Of a DNA stretch of 64,000 bases, positions 43,317-52,968 are shown in pieces. The translations under genes and the position numbers were made by a program. Position 1 is the stretch's first letter. Every line of letters begins with the position of its first letter. The notes beneath the pieces are model-generated. The model had not been told where the DNA came from and did no database searches. It saw only the letters and a program-made list of their open reading frames with translations. The stretch is from Ignavibacteriales bacterium (lineage in GTDB: Bacteria; Bacteroidota; Ignavibacteria; UBA10030; SZUA-254), in assembly GCA_016214905.1 (NCBI GenBank), contig JACRMQ010000007.1, positions 328,965 to 392,964 on the forward strand. Direction: 5' to 3'.

Positions 43317-44753
43317 ATGCGTTCTACAATTTCATTTATTCTTGATGGAAGGATCACTGATCTTGATCTCAAGAATTCCAAAACATTTTCTCCTACATCA
43401 ACCATTTTAAATTTTCTTAGAAGTTTACCCACGCATAAAGGTGTCAAAGAGGGATGCGCCGAAGGCGATTGCGGTGCGTGTACGGTGGTTCTGGCAGAAC
43501 TTGTCGGTAATAAACTTACTTACCGAGCAGTCGATTCTTGTCTGATGTTTCTGCCAATGATACACGGGAAGCAATTAATAACAGTTGAGAACCTGAAAAC
43601 CTTAGATGGCAAACTCCATCCGGTTCAGCAAGCGATGGTTGATGCGTACGGTAGTCAATGTGGATTCTGTACGCCCGGAATAATAATGACGATGTTTGCG
43701 CTCTATAAAAATCATCAGCATCCGACCCGCGAACAAATTGATAACGCGTTAACCGGTAATCTTTGTCGATGTACCGGATACAGGCCGATTGTTGAAGCGG
43801 CAGAAAAATCATGTGTTCATAATCGTGTTGATCATTTTACTGATGATGAACAGCAAATCGTAGAACTTCTAAAATCGATTTCTAAAGAGTCGATTCATGT
43901 TCAAGCAGGTGAACAAAAATATTTCCGTCCTGCAAGTTTGGGCGAAGCAATTTCACTAAAGCATCAACATTCCGAAGCAATCATAATTAATGGTGCGACA
44001 GATATTGCCTTGCGCGTTACGAAGAATCATGAATTGTTGAAAGAAATTATAGACCTTTCCGGCATCGAAGAACTAAAAGTAATTACTAAAACCGATTCAT
44101 CGATAGAAATAAGCGCCGGTGTATCGCTGAATGATATTCTCTCGCCGATTGAAAAAGATTTTCAAGCGTTACACGAAATACTAAAAGTTTTCGGTTCACA
44201 TCAAATCAGAAATCTTGCCACGCTTGGCGGTAATCTTGGGAGTGCTTCACCGATAGGGGACACACTTCCGGTTTTGATGGCTTACGATGCAAATGTTGTT
44301 GTTGAAAGTTTGAACAGCAGGCGAATGCTACCGCTTCACGAGTATATAACCGGATACAGAAAAACAGTCCGCAAGCCAGATGAAATTATCACTTCTATTA
44401 TAATACCGAAGTTAACCAACGGCTCAATAGTAAAATCTTACAAGGTATCTAAACGTAAGGATTTAGACATATCAACGCTCAGCGCATGTTTCAAGATTGG
44501 CCTTGACGGTAATATTGTGAAGTCGGTGATTCTCGCTTATGGTGGAATGGCAGAGCGGACTAAACGTGCGTCCATAGTTGAACAATTTCTTCTCGGTAAA
44601 GAGTGGGAAAGAAAAACCTTAGAACAAGCGATGCAATTGATTGAAAAAGATTTTACTCCGATCTCTGATGCACGCGGCAGTGCGGAGTTCAGATTGAAAG
44701 CTGCTCAGAATTTGTTGTTGAAATTTTTTATCGAAACAAAAGGAACAAATTAA
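43317..44753 (+). CDS. xdhA: Xanthine dehydrogenase small subunit (2Fe-2S plus FAD-binding, XdhA-type)
   Basis: The N-terminal ferredoxin reads GCAEGDCGACTV...CGFCTPG...CRCTGY. A FAD-binding domain and a CO-dehydrogenase flavoprotein C-terminal domain follow. Total length is 478 aa. Confidence 0.85.
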   Translation: MRSTISFILDGRITDLDLKNSKTFSPTSTILNFLRSLPTHKGVKEGCAEGDCGACTVVLAELVGNKLTYRAVDSCLMFLPMIHGKQLITVENLKTLDGKLHPVQQAMVDAYGSQCGFCTPGIIMTMFALYKNHQHPTREQIDNALTGNLCRCTGYRPIVEAAEKSCVHNRVDHFTDDEQQIVELLKSISKESIHVQAGEQKYFRPASLGEAISLKHQHSEAIIINGATDIALRVTKNHELLKEIIDLSGIEELKVITKTDSSIEISAGVSLNDILSPIEKDFQALHEILKVFGSHQIRNLATLGGNLGSASPIGDTLPVLMAYDANVVVESLNSRRMLPLHEYITGYRKTVRKPDEIITSIIIPKLTNGSIVKSYKVSKRKDLDISTLSACFKIGLDGNIVKSVILAYGGMAERTKRASIVEQFLLGKEWERKTLEQAMQLIEKDFTPISDARGSAEFRLKAAQNLLLKFFIETKGTN

Positions 44754-44755
44754 AT

Positions 44756-45226
44756 ATGGAATTTACGGTTTGTAAAAATGGTAACTTTATTTTTCTTATT
44801 ATTCTTGCTTCGATTCTTTGTATTCAAAGTTATGCGGTGGGACAAAAACAATCCGCACCTTCCGATACTGTTGAACTCACATCATTGAAGCATTGGCCCC
44901 AGCCGACGAAACAAGTTCCACCCGAATATCCGACGCTTGCCAGGCAAAATAATGTTGAAGCCGAAATTATGCTCAGCGTTTTAATCGGCAAAGATGGTAA
45001 GCCGAAAAACATTAAAGTTGTGAATGTAAAAACATCTTTCATGAAAGATGCATTAGCAAAACCCGACACACCGGTACCTGATCCGAAGTATGCGAAATTA
45101 TTTCACAAACCATCGATTGACGTCGTAATGAAATGGAGATTCACAAAACCGCTAAAGCCCGATAGCACCACAGCTTTAGTTTGGGTTAATGTGCCTCTGA
45201 AATATCAGTTGACAGTACAAAAATAG
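44756..45226 (+). CDS. Secreted TonB C-terminal-domain-like protein
   Basis: A signal peptide is followed by PEYPTLARQNNVEAEIMLSVLIGKDGKPKNIKVV, which is TonB_C-like. It is packed 2 nt after xdhA and 10 nt before xdhB. Confidence 0.5.
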   Translation: MEFTVCKNGNFIFLIILASILCIQSYAVGQKQSAPSDTVELTSLKHWPQPTKQVPPEYPTLARQNNVEAEIMLSVLIGKDGKPKNIKVVNVKTSFMKDALAKPDTPVPDPKYAKLFHKPSIDVVMKWRFTKPLKPDSTTALVWVNVPLKYQLTVQK

Positions 45227-45236
45227 ATAAATTAGA

Positions 45237-47546
45237 ATGAACAATAAATTACCACACGAAAGCGCAGAGTTGCATGTTACCGGTGAAGCCGTTTACATCG
45301 ATGATATCTTGGTCAACGAACAATTGCTTATAGGGCGAGTAGTCTACTCGCCCCATGCTCATGCAAAAATAAAATCGTTCGACTTAAGCGAAGCGAAAAA
45401 AGTGCGCGGCGTTCATGCAATACTATGCTACAAAGACATTCCCGGACATAATCAAATGGGACCGGTTATTAAAGATGAGCCGGTTCTTGCGGAAAACGAG
45501 GTGACATTCATCGGACAGGCAATGTTTCTAATAGCTGCCGAGACCAATGAGCAATGTCATGAAGCGGAGAAAAAAATTAAAATTGAATATGAACCGCTTG
45601 ATGCAATTCTTGAACTCGAAAAAGCGATAGAAAAAAATAATTTGTTGGGTCCGCCAAGAGAAATGAAGCGCGGTGATGCTGACGCTGCTTTGAAATCATC
45701 TAAACATATAATTAGCGGAGAACTCCGCACCGGTGCGCAAGAGCACTGGTATCTTGAAACGCAGGCATGTTTGTCTGTTCCGGGAGAAGGAAAAGAAATA
45801 AATGTTTTTAGTTCTTCCCAGCATCCATCCGAAACTCAAGCGCTAGTAGCGGAAGTTCTCGGAATAAAGAAACATGAAGTAGTTGTTGAAGTAAAACGAA
45901 TGGGTGGAGGTTTCGGAGGAAAGGAAACGCAGGCGAATCATATCGCATGTTGGTCGGCTTTGTTGTGCCATGCTACAAAACGTCCGGTAAAAATCCGTTT
46001 GTTCCGCGATGACGATATGATTATGACCGGCAAACGTCATCGTTATCTTACAAAATATGAAGCCGGTTTTGATAATGAGGGATTGATAAATGCGGTAAAG
46101 CTTGAATTCAACAGCGATGGCGGTGCGGCAACAGATCTGTCGTGCGCAATCATGGAACGCACAATGCTTCACGCCGATAATTCATATTACATTCCAAACA
46201 TGTCGGTTAAGGCATCAGTGTGGAAAACGAATCTTCCCTCGAACACTGCCTTTCGAGGATTTGGCGGACCGCAGGGCATGGCGGCAATCGAAACTATAAT
46301 AGACAAGATCGCTCGCTATCTCAAAAAAGATCCTGCCGAAATAAGATTCAAAAATTTCTATGGAATGAATGACCGCAACATTACTCATTACGGACAAACT
46401 GTTAAGCATAATCGGCTTTACCTTATTTATGATCAGATAATAAAATCTTCTGAATATGAGAAACGCCACAAAGAGATTAATGATTTCAACATTAAAAATG
46501 AATTTTTCAAAAAAGGCATAGCACTTACTCCCGTGAAGTTTGGAATTTCTTTCACCACAACATTTCTCAATCAAGCCGGCGCCCTCGTGAATGTTTACAC
46601 CGACGGGACAATCCTTGTCAATCACGGTGGTACGGAAATGGGGCAGGGACTCAACACGAAAATTCAGCAGATCGCCGCGGCAGAATTCGGTGTGAGCATA
46701 GATCGTGTGAAAGTAAATGCCACCAATACATCCAAAGTCCCGAACACATCGGCAACTGCCGCTTCATCCGGTTCCGATATGAACGGTATGGCGGTTAAAA
46801 ATGCAATTGATACAATCAAAGAACGTATCTCAAAAGAATTAGCATCGTTTTGGACTGAGAAACAATCCAGCAATCCGACAATCCAACAATCGGTAATTTT
46901 CAAAGACAATTTCATTTTTGATTCCGATCATCCTGAAAGAAAAATCTCTTTTTCCGATGCTATGCTTCAAATGAATTTACGTCAGGTGAGTTTGAGTGCG
47001 GCAGGATTTTACAAAACACCGACAGTCGGCTGGGATAAAATTAAAGGACAGGGGAAACCGTTCTTTTATTATTCATTCGGAATGGCAGTTTCTGAAGTGA
47101 TAATTGATGTTCTGACGGGCCAGCATACCCTTTTGAGAACGGATATTTTGCAGGATGTTGGAGATTCTATCAATCCCGGAATCGATATGGGGCAGGTAGA
47201 AGGCGGATTCATTCAAGGCGTTGGCTGGTGTACAACTGAAGAAATTAAGTGGGATGCAAAAGGAAACTTGATGACTCATTCTCCCGACACTTACAAAATT
47301 CCGACTGTGCAGGATATACCGAAAGATTTTCGTGTTAAGCTGATGGAGGGAGTTCCGAATCCTGTCGGTACAATCCGCAGAAGTAAAGCAATAGGTGAGC
47401 CGCCGTTTATGCTTGCGCTATCTGTTTGGCTTGCTATCAAGGATGCGATCTCTGCAGTTGGCAATCATAAGTTTGAACCGGAGTTTTCATTGCCGGCAAC
47501 GAATGAAACGATATTGCTTTCAATTGAGAAATTAAAGAAAAAATAA
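45237..47546 (+). CDS. xdhB: Xanthine dehydrogenase molybdopterin-binding subunit (XdhB-type)
   Basis: 769 aa. Aldehyde oxidase/xanthine dehydrogenase a/b hammerhead and MoCo-binding domains are present (GGGFGGKE, the catalytic-Glu region GEPP). Confidence 0.85.
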   Translation: MNNKLPHESAELHVTGEAVYIDDILVNEQLLIGRVVYSPHAHAKIKSFDLSEAKKVRGVHAILCYKDIPGHNQMGPVIKDEPVLAENEVTFIGQAMFLIAAETNEQCHEAEKKIKIEYEPLDAILELEKAIEKNNLLGPPREMKRGDADAALKSSKHIISGELRTGAQEHWYLETQACLSVPGEGKEINVFSSSQHPSETQALVAEVLGIKKHEVVVEVKRMGGGFGGKETQANHIACWSALLCHATKRPVKIRLFRDDDMIMTGKRHRYLTKYEAGFDNEGLINAVKLEFNSDGGAATDLSCAIMERTMLHADNSYYIPNMSVKASVWKTNLPSNTAFRGFGGPQGMAAIETIIDKIARYLKKDPAEIRFKNFYGMNDRNITHYGQTVKHNRLYLIYDQIIKSSEYEKRHKEINDFNIKNEFFKKGIALTPVKFGISFTTTFLNQAGALVNVYTDGTILVNHGGTEMGQGLNTKIQQIAAAEFGVSIDRVKVNATNTSKVPNTSATAASSGSDMNGMAVKNAIDTIKERISKELASFWTEKQSSNPTIQQSVIFKDNFIFDSDHPERKISFSDAMLQMNLRQVSLSAAGFYKTPTVGWDKIKGQGKPFFYYSFGMAVSEVIIDVLTGQHTLLRTDILQDVGDSINPGIDMGQVEGGFIQGVGWCTTEEIKWDAKGNLMTHSPDTYKIPTVQDIPKDFRVKLMEGVPNPVGTIRRSKAIGEPPFMLALSVWLAIKDAISAVGNHKFEPEFSLPATNETILLSIEKLKKK

Positions 47547-47551
47547 TTAAC

Positions 47552-47627
47552 CACGGATTACACGGATATCCACAGATTTGAATTATCCGTGTTAATCTGT
47601 ATAATCAGTGTCATCAGTGGTAAATAA
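47552..47627 (+). promoter_or_regulatory. Conserved 5' leader motif, copy A (candidate cis-regulatory RNA/operator)
   Basis: Shares cacggat...cacagat...atccgtgtt...cagtgtcatcNgtggtaaa(a)taa with 61493-61560. It ends 4 nt before the ATG of the ThrC-like gene. Confidence 0.5.
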
Positions 47628-47630
47628 AAA

Positions 47631-48884
47631 ATGAAATTCTCTCAACCTCCATTTGTAACGGGTTTAAAATGTCTTGTCTGCGGTTCATCGTATCCGCATG
47701 GCAATATATTCACCTGCCCTCACTGCGGCACCGAAGGCATTCTCGATGTTCAATATAATTATGAGGCAATAGTTCAAAATCCGAAATCCACAATCCGCAA
47801 TCCGAAATCTTCTGATATTTGGCGTTACAAAGATTTGCTTCCGATCTCTTCCGACATTCCACTCCCGCATTTGCATGTTGGCTGGACGTCGGTTTACGAC
47901 GTGCCACGGCTTGCACGTTATTTCGGACTCAGAAAATTGTTTTTGAAAGATGACGGGCGTAATCCGACGAACTCGTTCAAAGACCGCGCAAGCTCAATTG
48001 GAGTTATGAAAGCAATGGAATTCGGTTTCAATACCATTGCATGTGCGTCAACAGGAAATGCAGCATCATCCCTTGCCGGATTGTCTGCCGCAGTTGGATT
48101 GAAGAGCTACATCTTTGTACCTGAGCGCGCGCCGGAACCGAAAATTACACAGCTACTTATTTTCGGTGCGACTGTGTTCAGAGTAAAAGGAACATACGAG
48201 CAGGCATTCGATCTCAGTAAACAATCGTGCGATCAGTTCGGATGGTACAACAGAAACAGCGGAACGAATCCCTTTCTTGTTGAAGGGAAAAAAACTGCCG
48301 GATTGGAAATTGCAGAACAGCTTGGCAAGAATATTCCTGATTGGGTAGTCGTCTCTGTTGGTGATGGCTGTACAATCGGCGGAATAGGAAAAGGTTTGCA
48401 GGAAATGAAACAACTTGGTCTTATCGACAGAGTTCCACGGCTGTTAGGAGTTCAAGCCGAAGGTGCGAAACCAATTCTTGATGCTTTCACTTCAGGGAAT
48501 GATTTAATTCCAACCGACACGAACACAATAGCCGACAGCATAGCAGTCGGCACACCGAGAAACTGGCGAAGAGCAATCCAACAAGTCCGATTATCACACG
48601 GTGAAATGATCGCCGTATCGGATGAAGAAATTTTAGAAGCTATGCGAGTTACAGCACGGCTTGGCGGCGTGTTCGGCGAGCCGGCAGGTGTTACGGGTGC
48701 GGCCGGTTTGAAAAAAGCCGTTGAACAGAAAATTGTGAAATCTAATGAAACCGCTGTGATAGTTATAACCGGAAACGGTTTGAAAGATATTCAATCTGCA
48801 AAACAAGCTGCTGGGAAAGAATATTTAGTCGAACCAACCCTTGATGCCGTTGCAGATCTACTTGAAAAACAACTGAAACTATAA
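47631..48884 (+). CDS. Threonine-synthase-like fold-type II PLP enzyme with an N-terminal zinc ribbon
   Basis: The N-terminus has CLVCGSS...CPHCG. The PLP-lysine motif is NPTNSFKDRASS, and a glycine-rich loop GDGCTIGG follows. Confidence 0.6.
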   Translation: MKFSQPPFVTGLKCLVCGSSYPHGNIFTCPHCGTEGILDVQYNYEAIVQNPKSTIRNPKSSDIWRYKDLLPISSDIPLPHLHVGWTSVYDVPRLARYFGLRKLFLKDDGRNPTNSFKDRASSIGVMKAMEFGFNTIACASTGNAASSLAGLSAAVGLKSYIFVPERAPEPKITQLLIFGATVFRVKGTYEQAFDLSKQSCDQFGWYNRNSGTNPFLVEGKKTAGLEIAEQLGKNIPDWVVVSVGDGCTIGGIGKGLQEMKQLGLIDRVPRLLGVQAEGAKPILDAFTSGNDLIPTDTNTIADSIAVGTPRNWRRAIQQVRLSHGEMIAVSDEEILEAMRVTARLGGVFGEPAGVTGAAGLKKAVEQKIVKSNETAVIVITGNGLKDIQSAKQAAGKEYLVEPTLDAVADLLEKQLKL

Positions 48885-48901
48885 ATCGCTTTGGAAAAAT
48901 T

Positions 48902-50197
48902 ATGCTACTCAAAAACACAACATCCATAGTTCTTGATCCACCATCGATTGAATCTGTTGACATTCGTCTTCTCAACTGTAATATTATAGAGAAGGGAAAA
49001 AACCTAGCGCCAAAGAAAGGCGAAGAAGTGCACGACCTTTCCGGAAGAATCATCATGCCGGGTCTGGTGAACTCGCATACGCATCTCTATTCGGCACTTG
49101 CAAGGGGAATGGCTTATCCTAAAGAGCCGCCGCAGAATTTTCTTGAAATCCTGCAAAAAATCTGGTGGAAGCTTGACCGCGCTCTCGATGAAGATGCCAT
49201 CTATTATAGTGCGCTCGTCGGAGCGATAGATGCGGTGCGTTGCGGAACCACGACGCTTATCGATCATCATGCATCTCCGAAATCGATCACCGGTTCGCTC
49301 GACATAATCAAAGAAGCGATGTGGGAAGTCGGATTGCGTGGAGTATTGTGTTATGAGGTGACAGACCGGGGCGGAAAGAAAGAACGCGATAAAGGTTTGG
49401 AAGAAAACGAACGTTTTATCAAAGACAACAAAAAGAATTCACAATTTCGCGGAATGGTCGGTGCGCACGCCGCTTTCACAATGAGCAATGAAACTATGTG
49501 CCTCTGCGGTGAATTATCAAAAAAACACGATGTTGGGGTTCATATTCATGTCGCTGAGGACAAAGCAGACATGACCGACGCGGAAGAAAACTATCGTTGC
49601 AGAGTAATCGATCGTTTGAAAGAAAATGGAATTCTTCGAAAAGATTCGATCCTTGCTCACGGCGTTCACTTGAATGAAAAGGAAGTTAATGAAGTTAAGA
49701 AAGCGGGAAGCTGGTTGATGCACAATCCGCGTTCCAACATGAACAACCGTGTTGGGTACGCGCCGCTGCATTTATTCGGTGAGCGGGTCAGCTTGGGAAC
49801 AGACGGATTCCCCGCAGATATGTTCGAAGAATCGAAAATAGGATTTTATAAGAGGCAAGATTCGCGAGCAGAAGGAAACGTAAACATGGCTAAACTTCTG
49901 CAAAACGGACAGCGAACGATTTCGGAAATATTCGGTCAGAAATTCGGATCGCTTAAAAAGGGTTCTCCCGCCGATATAGTTATACTCGATTACCAGCCGC
50001 CAACACCGATGACGGTAGAAAATCTGGCAGGACATTTTCTCTTCGGCATGAACTCATCGATGGTTGAATCTGTAATGATCGACGGTAAATGGGTTGTGAA
50101 GAACCATGTGCTGGTGGGGTTCGATGTTGAATCGGTTTATGAAAAATCGAAAAAAGTAGCAAAGAAGTTATGGGAGAAGATGGAAAAATTGATCTAA
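48902..50197 (+). CDS. ssnA: SsnA-like amidohydrolase (chlorohydrolase / aminohydrolase family)
   Basis: The metal-binding motif is GLVNSHTHLYSA..., with HIHVAED and HGVHL in the TIM-barrel amidohydrolase fold. Length is 431 aa. Confidence 0.7.
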   Translation: MLLKNTTSIVLDPPSIESVDIRLLNCNIIEKGKNLAPKKGEEVHDLSGRIIMPGLVNSHTHLYSALARGMAYPKEPPQNFLEILQKIWWKLDRALDEDAIYYSALVGAIDAVRCGTTTLIDHHASPKSITGSLDIIKEAMWEVGLRGVLCYEVTDRGGKKERDKGLEENERFIKDNKKNSQFRGMVGAHAAFTMSNETMCLCGELSKKHDVGVHIHVAEDKADMTDAEENYRCRVIDRLKENGILRKDSILAHGVHLNEKEVNEVKKAGSWLMHNPRSNMNNRVGYAPLHLFGERVSLGTDGFPADMFEESKIGFYKRQDSRAEGNVNMAKLLQNGQRTISEIFGQKFGSLKKGSPADIVILDYQPPTPMTVENLAGHFLFGMNSSMVESVMIDGKWVVKNHVLVGFDVESVYEKSKKVAKKLWEKMEKLI

Positions 50198-50266
50198 GAA
50201 TGAATATTATGTTTTATTATTAGTGTATTGTTATTTTGATCAAAAATCTATTTATCTATTCAAGGT

Positions 50267-52951
50267 ATGATTAGAATGACTAGACATTTTCTCCTTTCAT
50301 ATCTCTTGATGACATTTCTTTCTGTATCAACTTCTCACACACAGGAGAAAATTGAAAATGTCTTGTTGCCTTTTCAAAATCCTGACTTGTCGATAGAAGA
50401 TCGGGTGAACGATTTAGTGTCAAGGATGACGCTCGATGAAAAAATCAAACAACTGCTCTACAATGCACCAGCAATTGACCGGTTAGACATTCCTGAATAT
50501 AACTGGTGGAATGAAGGGCTTCATGGTGTTGCACGGGCGGGAAGGGCTACCGTTTTTCCACAATCTATCGGACTTTCAGCAACGTGGGATACCGAACTGA
50601 TGCATCGGGTTGCCACTGTTATTGCCGATGAGGCACGCGCTAAACATCACGATGCAGTGCGAAACGGCAGAAGGGGAATTTATGAAGGTTTAACTTTCTG
50701 GGCGCCGAATATAAATATCTTCCGCGATCCGCGATGGGGACGCGGTATGGAAACGTACGGTGAAGATCCGTACCTTACCGGACGACTCGCAGTGGAATTT
50801 ATTAAAGGTATGCAGGGAGATGATCCGCACTATTTTAAAACAATTGCAACGCCAAAACATTTTGCAGTGCACAGCGGTCCCGAGCCGGAGCGCCACGTTT
50901 TTAACGCGGTCGTTGATGAGAGAGATCTGCGCGAAACTTATCTGCCGCATTTCCGCGATGCAGTTGTGGATGGAAACGCACAGTCTGTTATGTGTGCCTA
51001 CAATCGGTTCAGGGGAACGCCGTGTTGCGGAAGTAATGAACTGCTGCAAAAAATCTTGCATGATGAATGGGATTTTGACGGATATGTGGTTTCGGATTGC
51101 TGGGCGATAAAAGATTTTTATGACACTCACAAGATCGTGAAATCGGGACCGGAGGCAGCGGCTATGGCACTGAAAGCCGGTACGGATCTGAATTGCGGCG
51201 TTACTTACGATAGTCTTGGAATTGCAGTCAGGTTAGGACTTGTTGGCGAAGAGCTTGTGGATCGTTCTGTGAAGCGGATTTTTCAATCACGGTTTAAACT
51301 CGGTACGTTCGATCCGCCCGAAAGAGTGCCGTTTGCCAAAATTCCGATCACAGTTAATGACAGTAAGGAACATCGTGAGATTGCGCTTGAGGCAGCAAGG
51401 AAATCGATAGTGCTTTTAAAAAACGATGGCGCTCTTTTGCCTTTGAGTAAGAATTTAAAATCGATTGCAGTCATTGGTCCAAATGCCAATGATGTTGAAG
51501 TATTGCTTGGCAACTATAATGGAACCCCAACCGATCCTGTAACTCCTCTGGCAGGTATCCTGAATAAGGTAAAATCGAAAACGAAAATATTTTATGTACA
51601 GGGTTGCAATGTTGCGGAAAATATTCCGTTACTTGAGGTTGTCCCGTCTTCAGTCCTTTTTAATAAGAAGGGAACAGGTAACGAGAACGGTTTAGCTGCC
51701 GAGTATTTCAACATTAATAATTTTTTGGAGAACCCTGCGGTTACGCGCATTGATTCCGCAATCGATTTTAATTGGTGGGATAAGCCCGCTGTAACCGGAT
51801 TGAAAGCAGATAGTTTCAGTGTCCGATGGACCGGCATATTAATTCCTCCCGTCTCGGGAAAATATTCAATTGGCTTGAACGTATTCGGTGGTTCGAAACT
51901 TTTTTTGGATGATTCGTTGTTGGTTGAGATTAATAACTCGCATGTAGTACAGACAGATTGGAAAAATATTGAACTGTTTGCCGGTAAATCATACAAAATA
52001 CAAATCGAGTTTTGTGACAGGCGGGCAGACGCGAGCGTGCGGTTTGTATGGTCGAAACCGAATCCGCATTTGAAACAAGAAGCTATTGAAGCGGCGAAGC
52101 AAGCTGATGTCGTTGTGATGTGTCTGGGGCTGTCACCGCGACTTGAAGGGGAGGAAATGAATATTGATGTTGCGGGATTTTCAGGCGGTGACCGTGTGGA
52201 TATCGGACTGCCAAAGATACAGGAAGATTTATTAAAAGACATTGCCAAAACAGGTAAACCGATTGTGCTGGTACTTTTAAACGGAAGCGCACTTGCAGTA
52301 AATTGGGCTGATGAAAATATTCCCGCGATCATTGAGGCATGGTATCCGGGACAGGCGGCAGGTTCGGCGCTTGCCGATGTTTTGTTCGGAGATTACAATC
52401 CGGCGGGCAGGTTACCGGTTACTTTTTATAAATCGGTCGATCAACTTCCGCCTTTTAGCAATTACGGGATGAAAGAAAGAACTTATAAATATTTTACAGG
52501 TGAGCCGCTTTATCCGTTTGGGTACGGATTAAGCTATACAAATTTCGATTATAGTAATTTAAAACTCGAGACCGGGAATATAAATACCGGTGAGAGTCTT
52601 TCGGTTTCAGTAGATGTTAGCAATATCGGCAAACGAGCAGGTGATGAAGTTGTTCAATTGTATATAAAACATTTGAATGCATCTGTTCCTGTTCCTTTGC
52701 GGTCGCTTCAGGGCTTTCAAAGGATTTTTTTAAAACCTGATGAGGTAAAAACAGTTAAATTCTTACTCACTCCCCGGCAACTTTCAGTAATTGACGCTAA
52801 CAATAAACGTGTAGTTGAGGCGGGGAAAATAGAAATCAGCGTCGGAGGCAAACAGCCGGGATTTGTTGGGCGTGAGGACACAGCTACAACAGGAGTTATA
52901 TCGGGTAAATTTGAGATAATTGGATTACCGTTTCCGGTAAATGAGAGATGA
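50267..52951 (+). CDS. bglX: Glycoside hydrolase family 3 beta-glucosidase with an inserted PA14 domain
   Basis: Signal peptide present. The GH3 N-domain has the catalytic nucleophile in GYVVSDCWA. The PA14 insert reads AAEYFNINNF...FSVRWTGILIPPVSGKYS, and a GH3 C-domain follows. Confidence 0.85.
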   Translation: MIRMTRHFLLSYLLMTFLSVSTSHTQEKIENVLLPFQNPDLSIEDRVNDLVSRMTLDEKIKQLLYNAPAIDRLDIPEYNWWNEGLHGVARAGRATVFPQSIGLSATWDTELMHRVATVIADEARAKHHDAVRNGRRGIYEGLTFWAPNINIFRDPRWGRGMETYGEDPYLTGRLAVEFIKGMQGDDPHYFKTIATPKHFAVHSGPEPERHVFNAVVDERDLRETYLPHFRDAVVDGNAQSVMCAYNRFRGTPCCGSNELLQKILHDEWDFDGYVVSDCWAIKDFYDTHKIVKSGPEAAAMALKAGTDLNCGVTYDSLGIAVRLGLVGEELVDRSVKRIFQSRFKLGTFDPPERVPFAKIPITVNDSKEHREIALEAARKSIVLLKNDGALLPLSKNLKSIAVIGPNANDVEVLLGNYNGTPTDPVTPLAGILNKVKSKTKIFYVQGCNVAENIPLLEVVPSSVLFNKKGTGNENGLAAEYFNINNFLENPAVTRIDSAIDFNWWDKPAVTGLKADSFSVRWTGILIPPVSGKYSIGLNVFGGSKLFLDDSLLVEINNSHVVQTDWKNIELFAGKSYKIQIEFCDRRADASVRFVWSKPNPHLKQEAIEAAKQADVVVMCLGLSPRLEGEEMNIDVAGFSGGDRVDIGLPKIQEDLLKDIAKTGKPIVLVLLNGSALAVNWADENIPAIIEAWYPGQAAGSALADVLFGDYNPAGRLPVTFYKSVDQLPPFSNYGMKERTYKYFTGEPLYPFGYGLSYTNFDYSNLKLETGNINTGESLSVSVDVSNIGKRAGDEVVQLYIKHLNASVPVPLRSLQGFQRIFLKPDEVKTVKFLLTPRQLSVIDANNKRVVEAGKIEISVGGKQPGFVGREDTATTGVISGKFEIIGLPFPVNER

Positions 52952-52968
52952 ATGAAGGAGCGTTCTTG

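Noticed and set aside
47594-47630. The conserved block tggtaaa(a)taa read as an extended -10 promoter (TGnTAAAAT)
   Set aside because: In copy A the implied transcription start would fall at or after the ATG. In copy B the leader would be too short to include the SD. A leader-RNA or operator role fits the geometry better.
51592-52332. 246-aa minus-strand ORF
   Set aside because: It is entirely antisense to the GH3 beta-glucosidase gene, which has unambiguous family motifs. It is a long antisense ORF of the kind expected by chance in a long gene.
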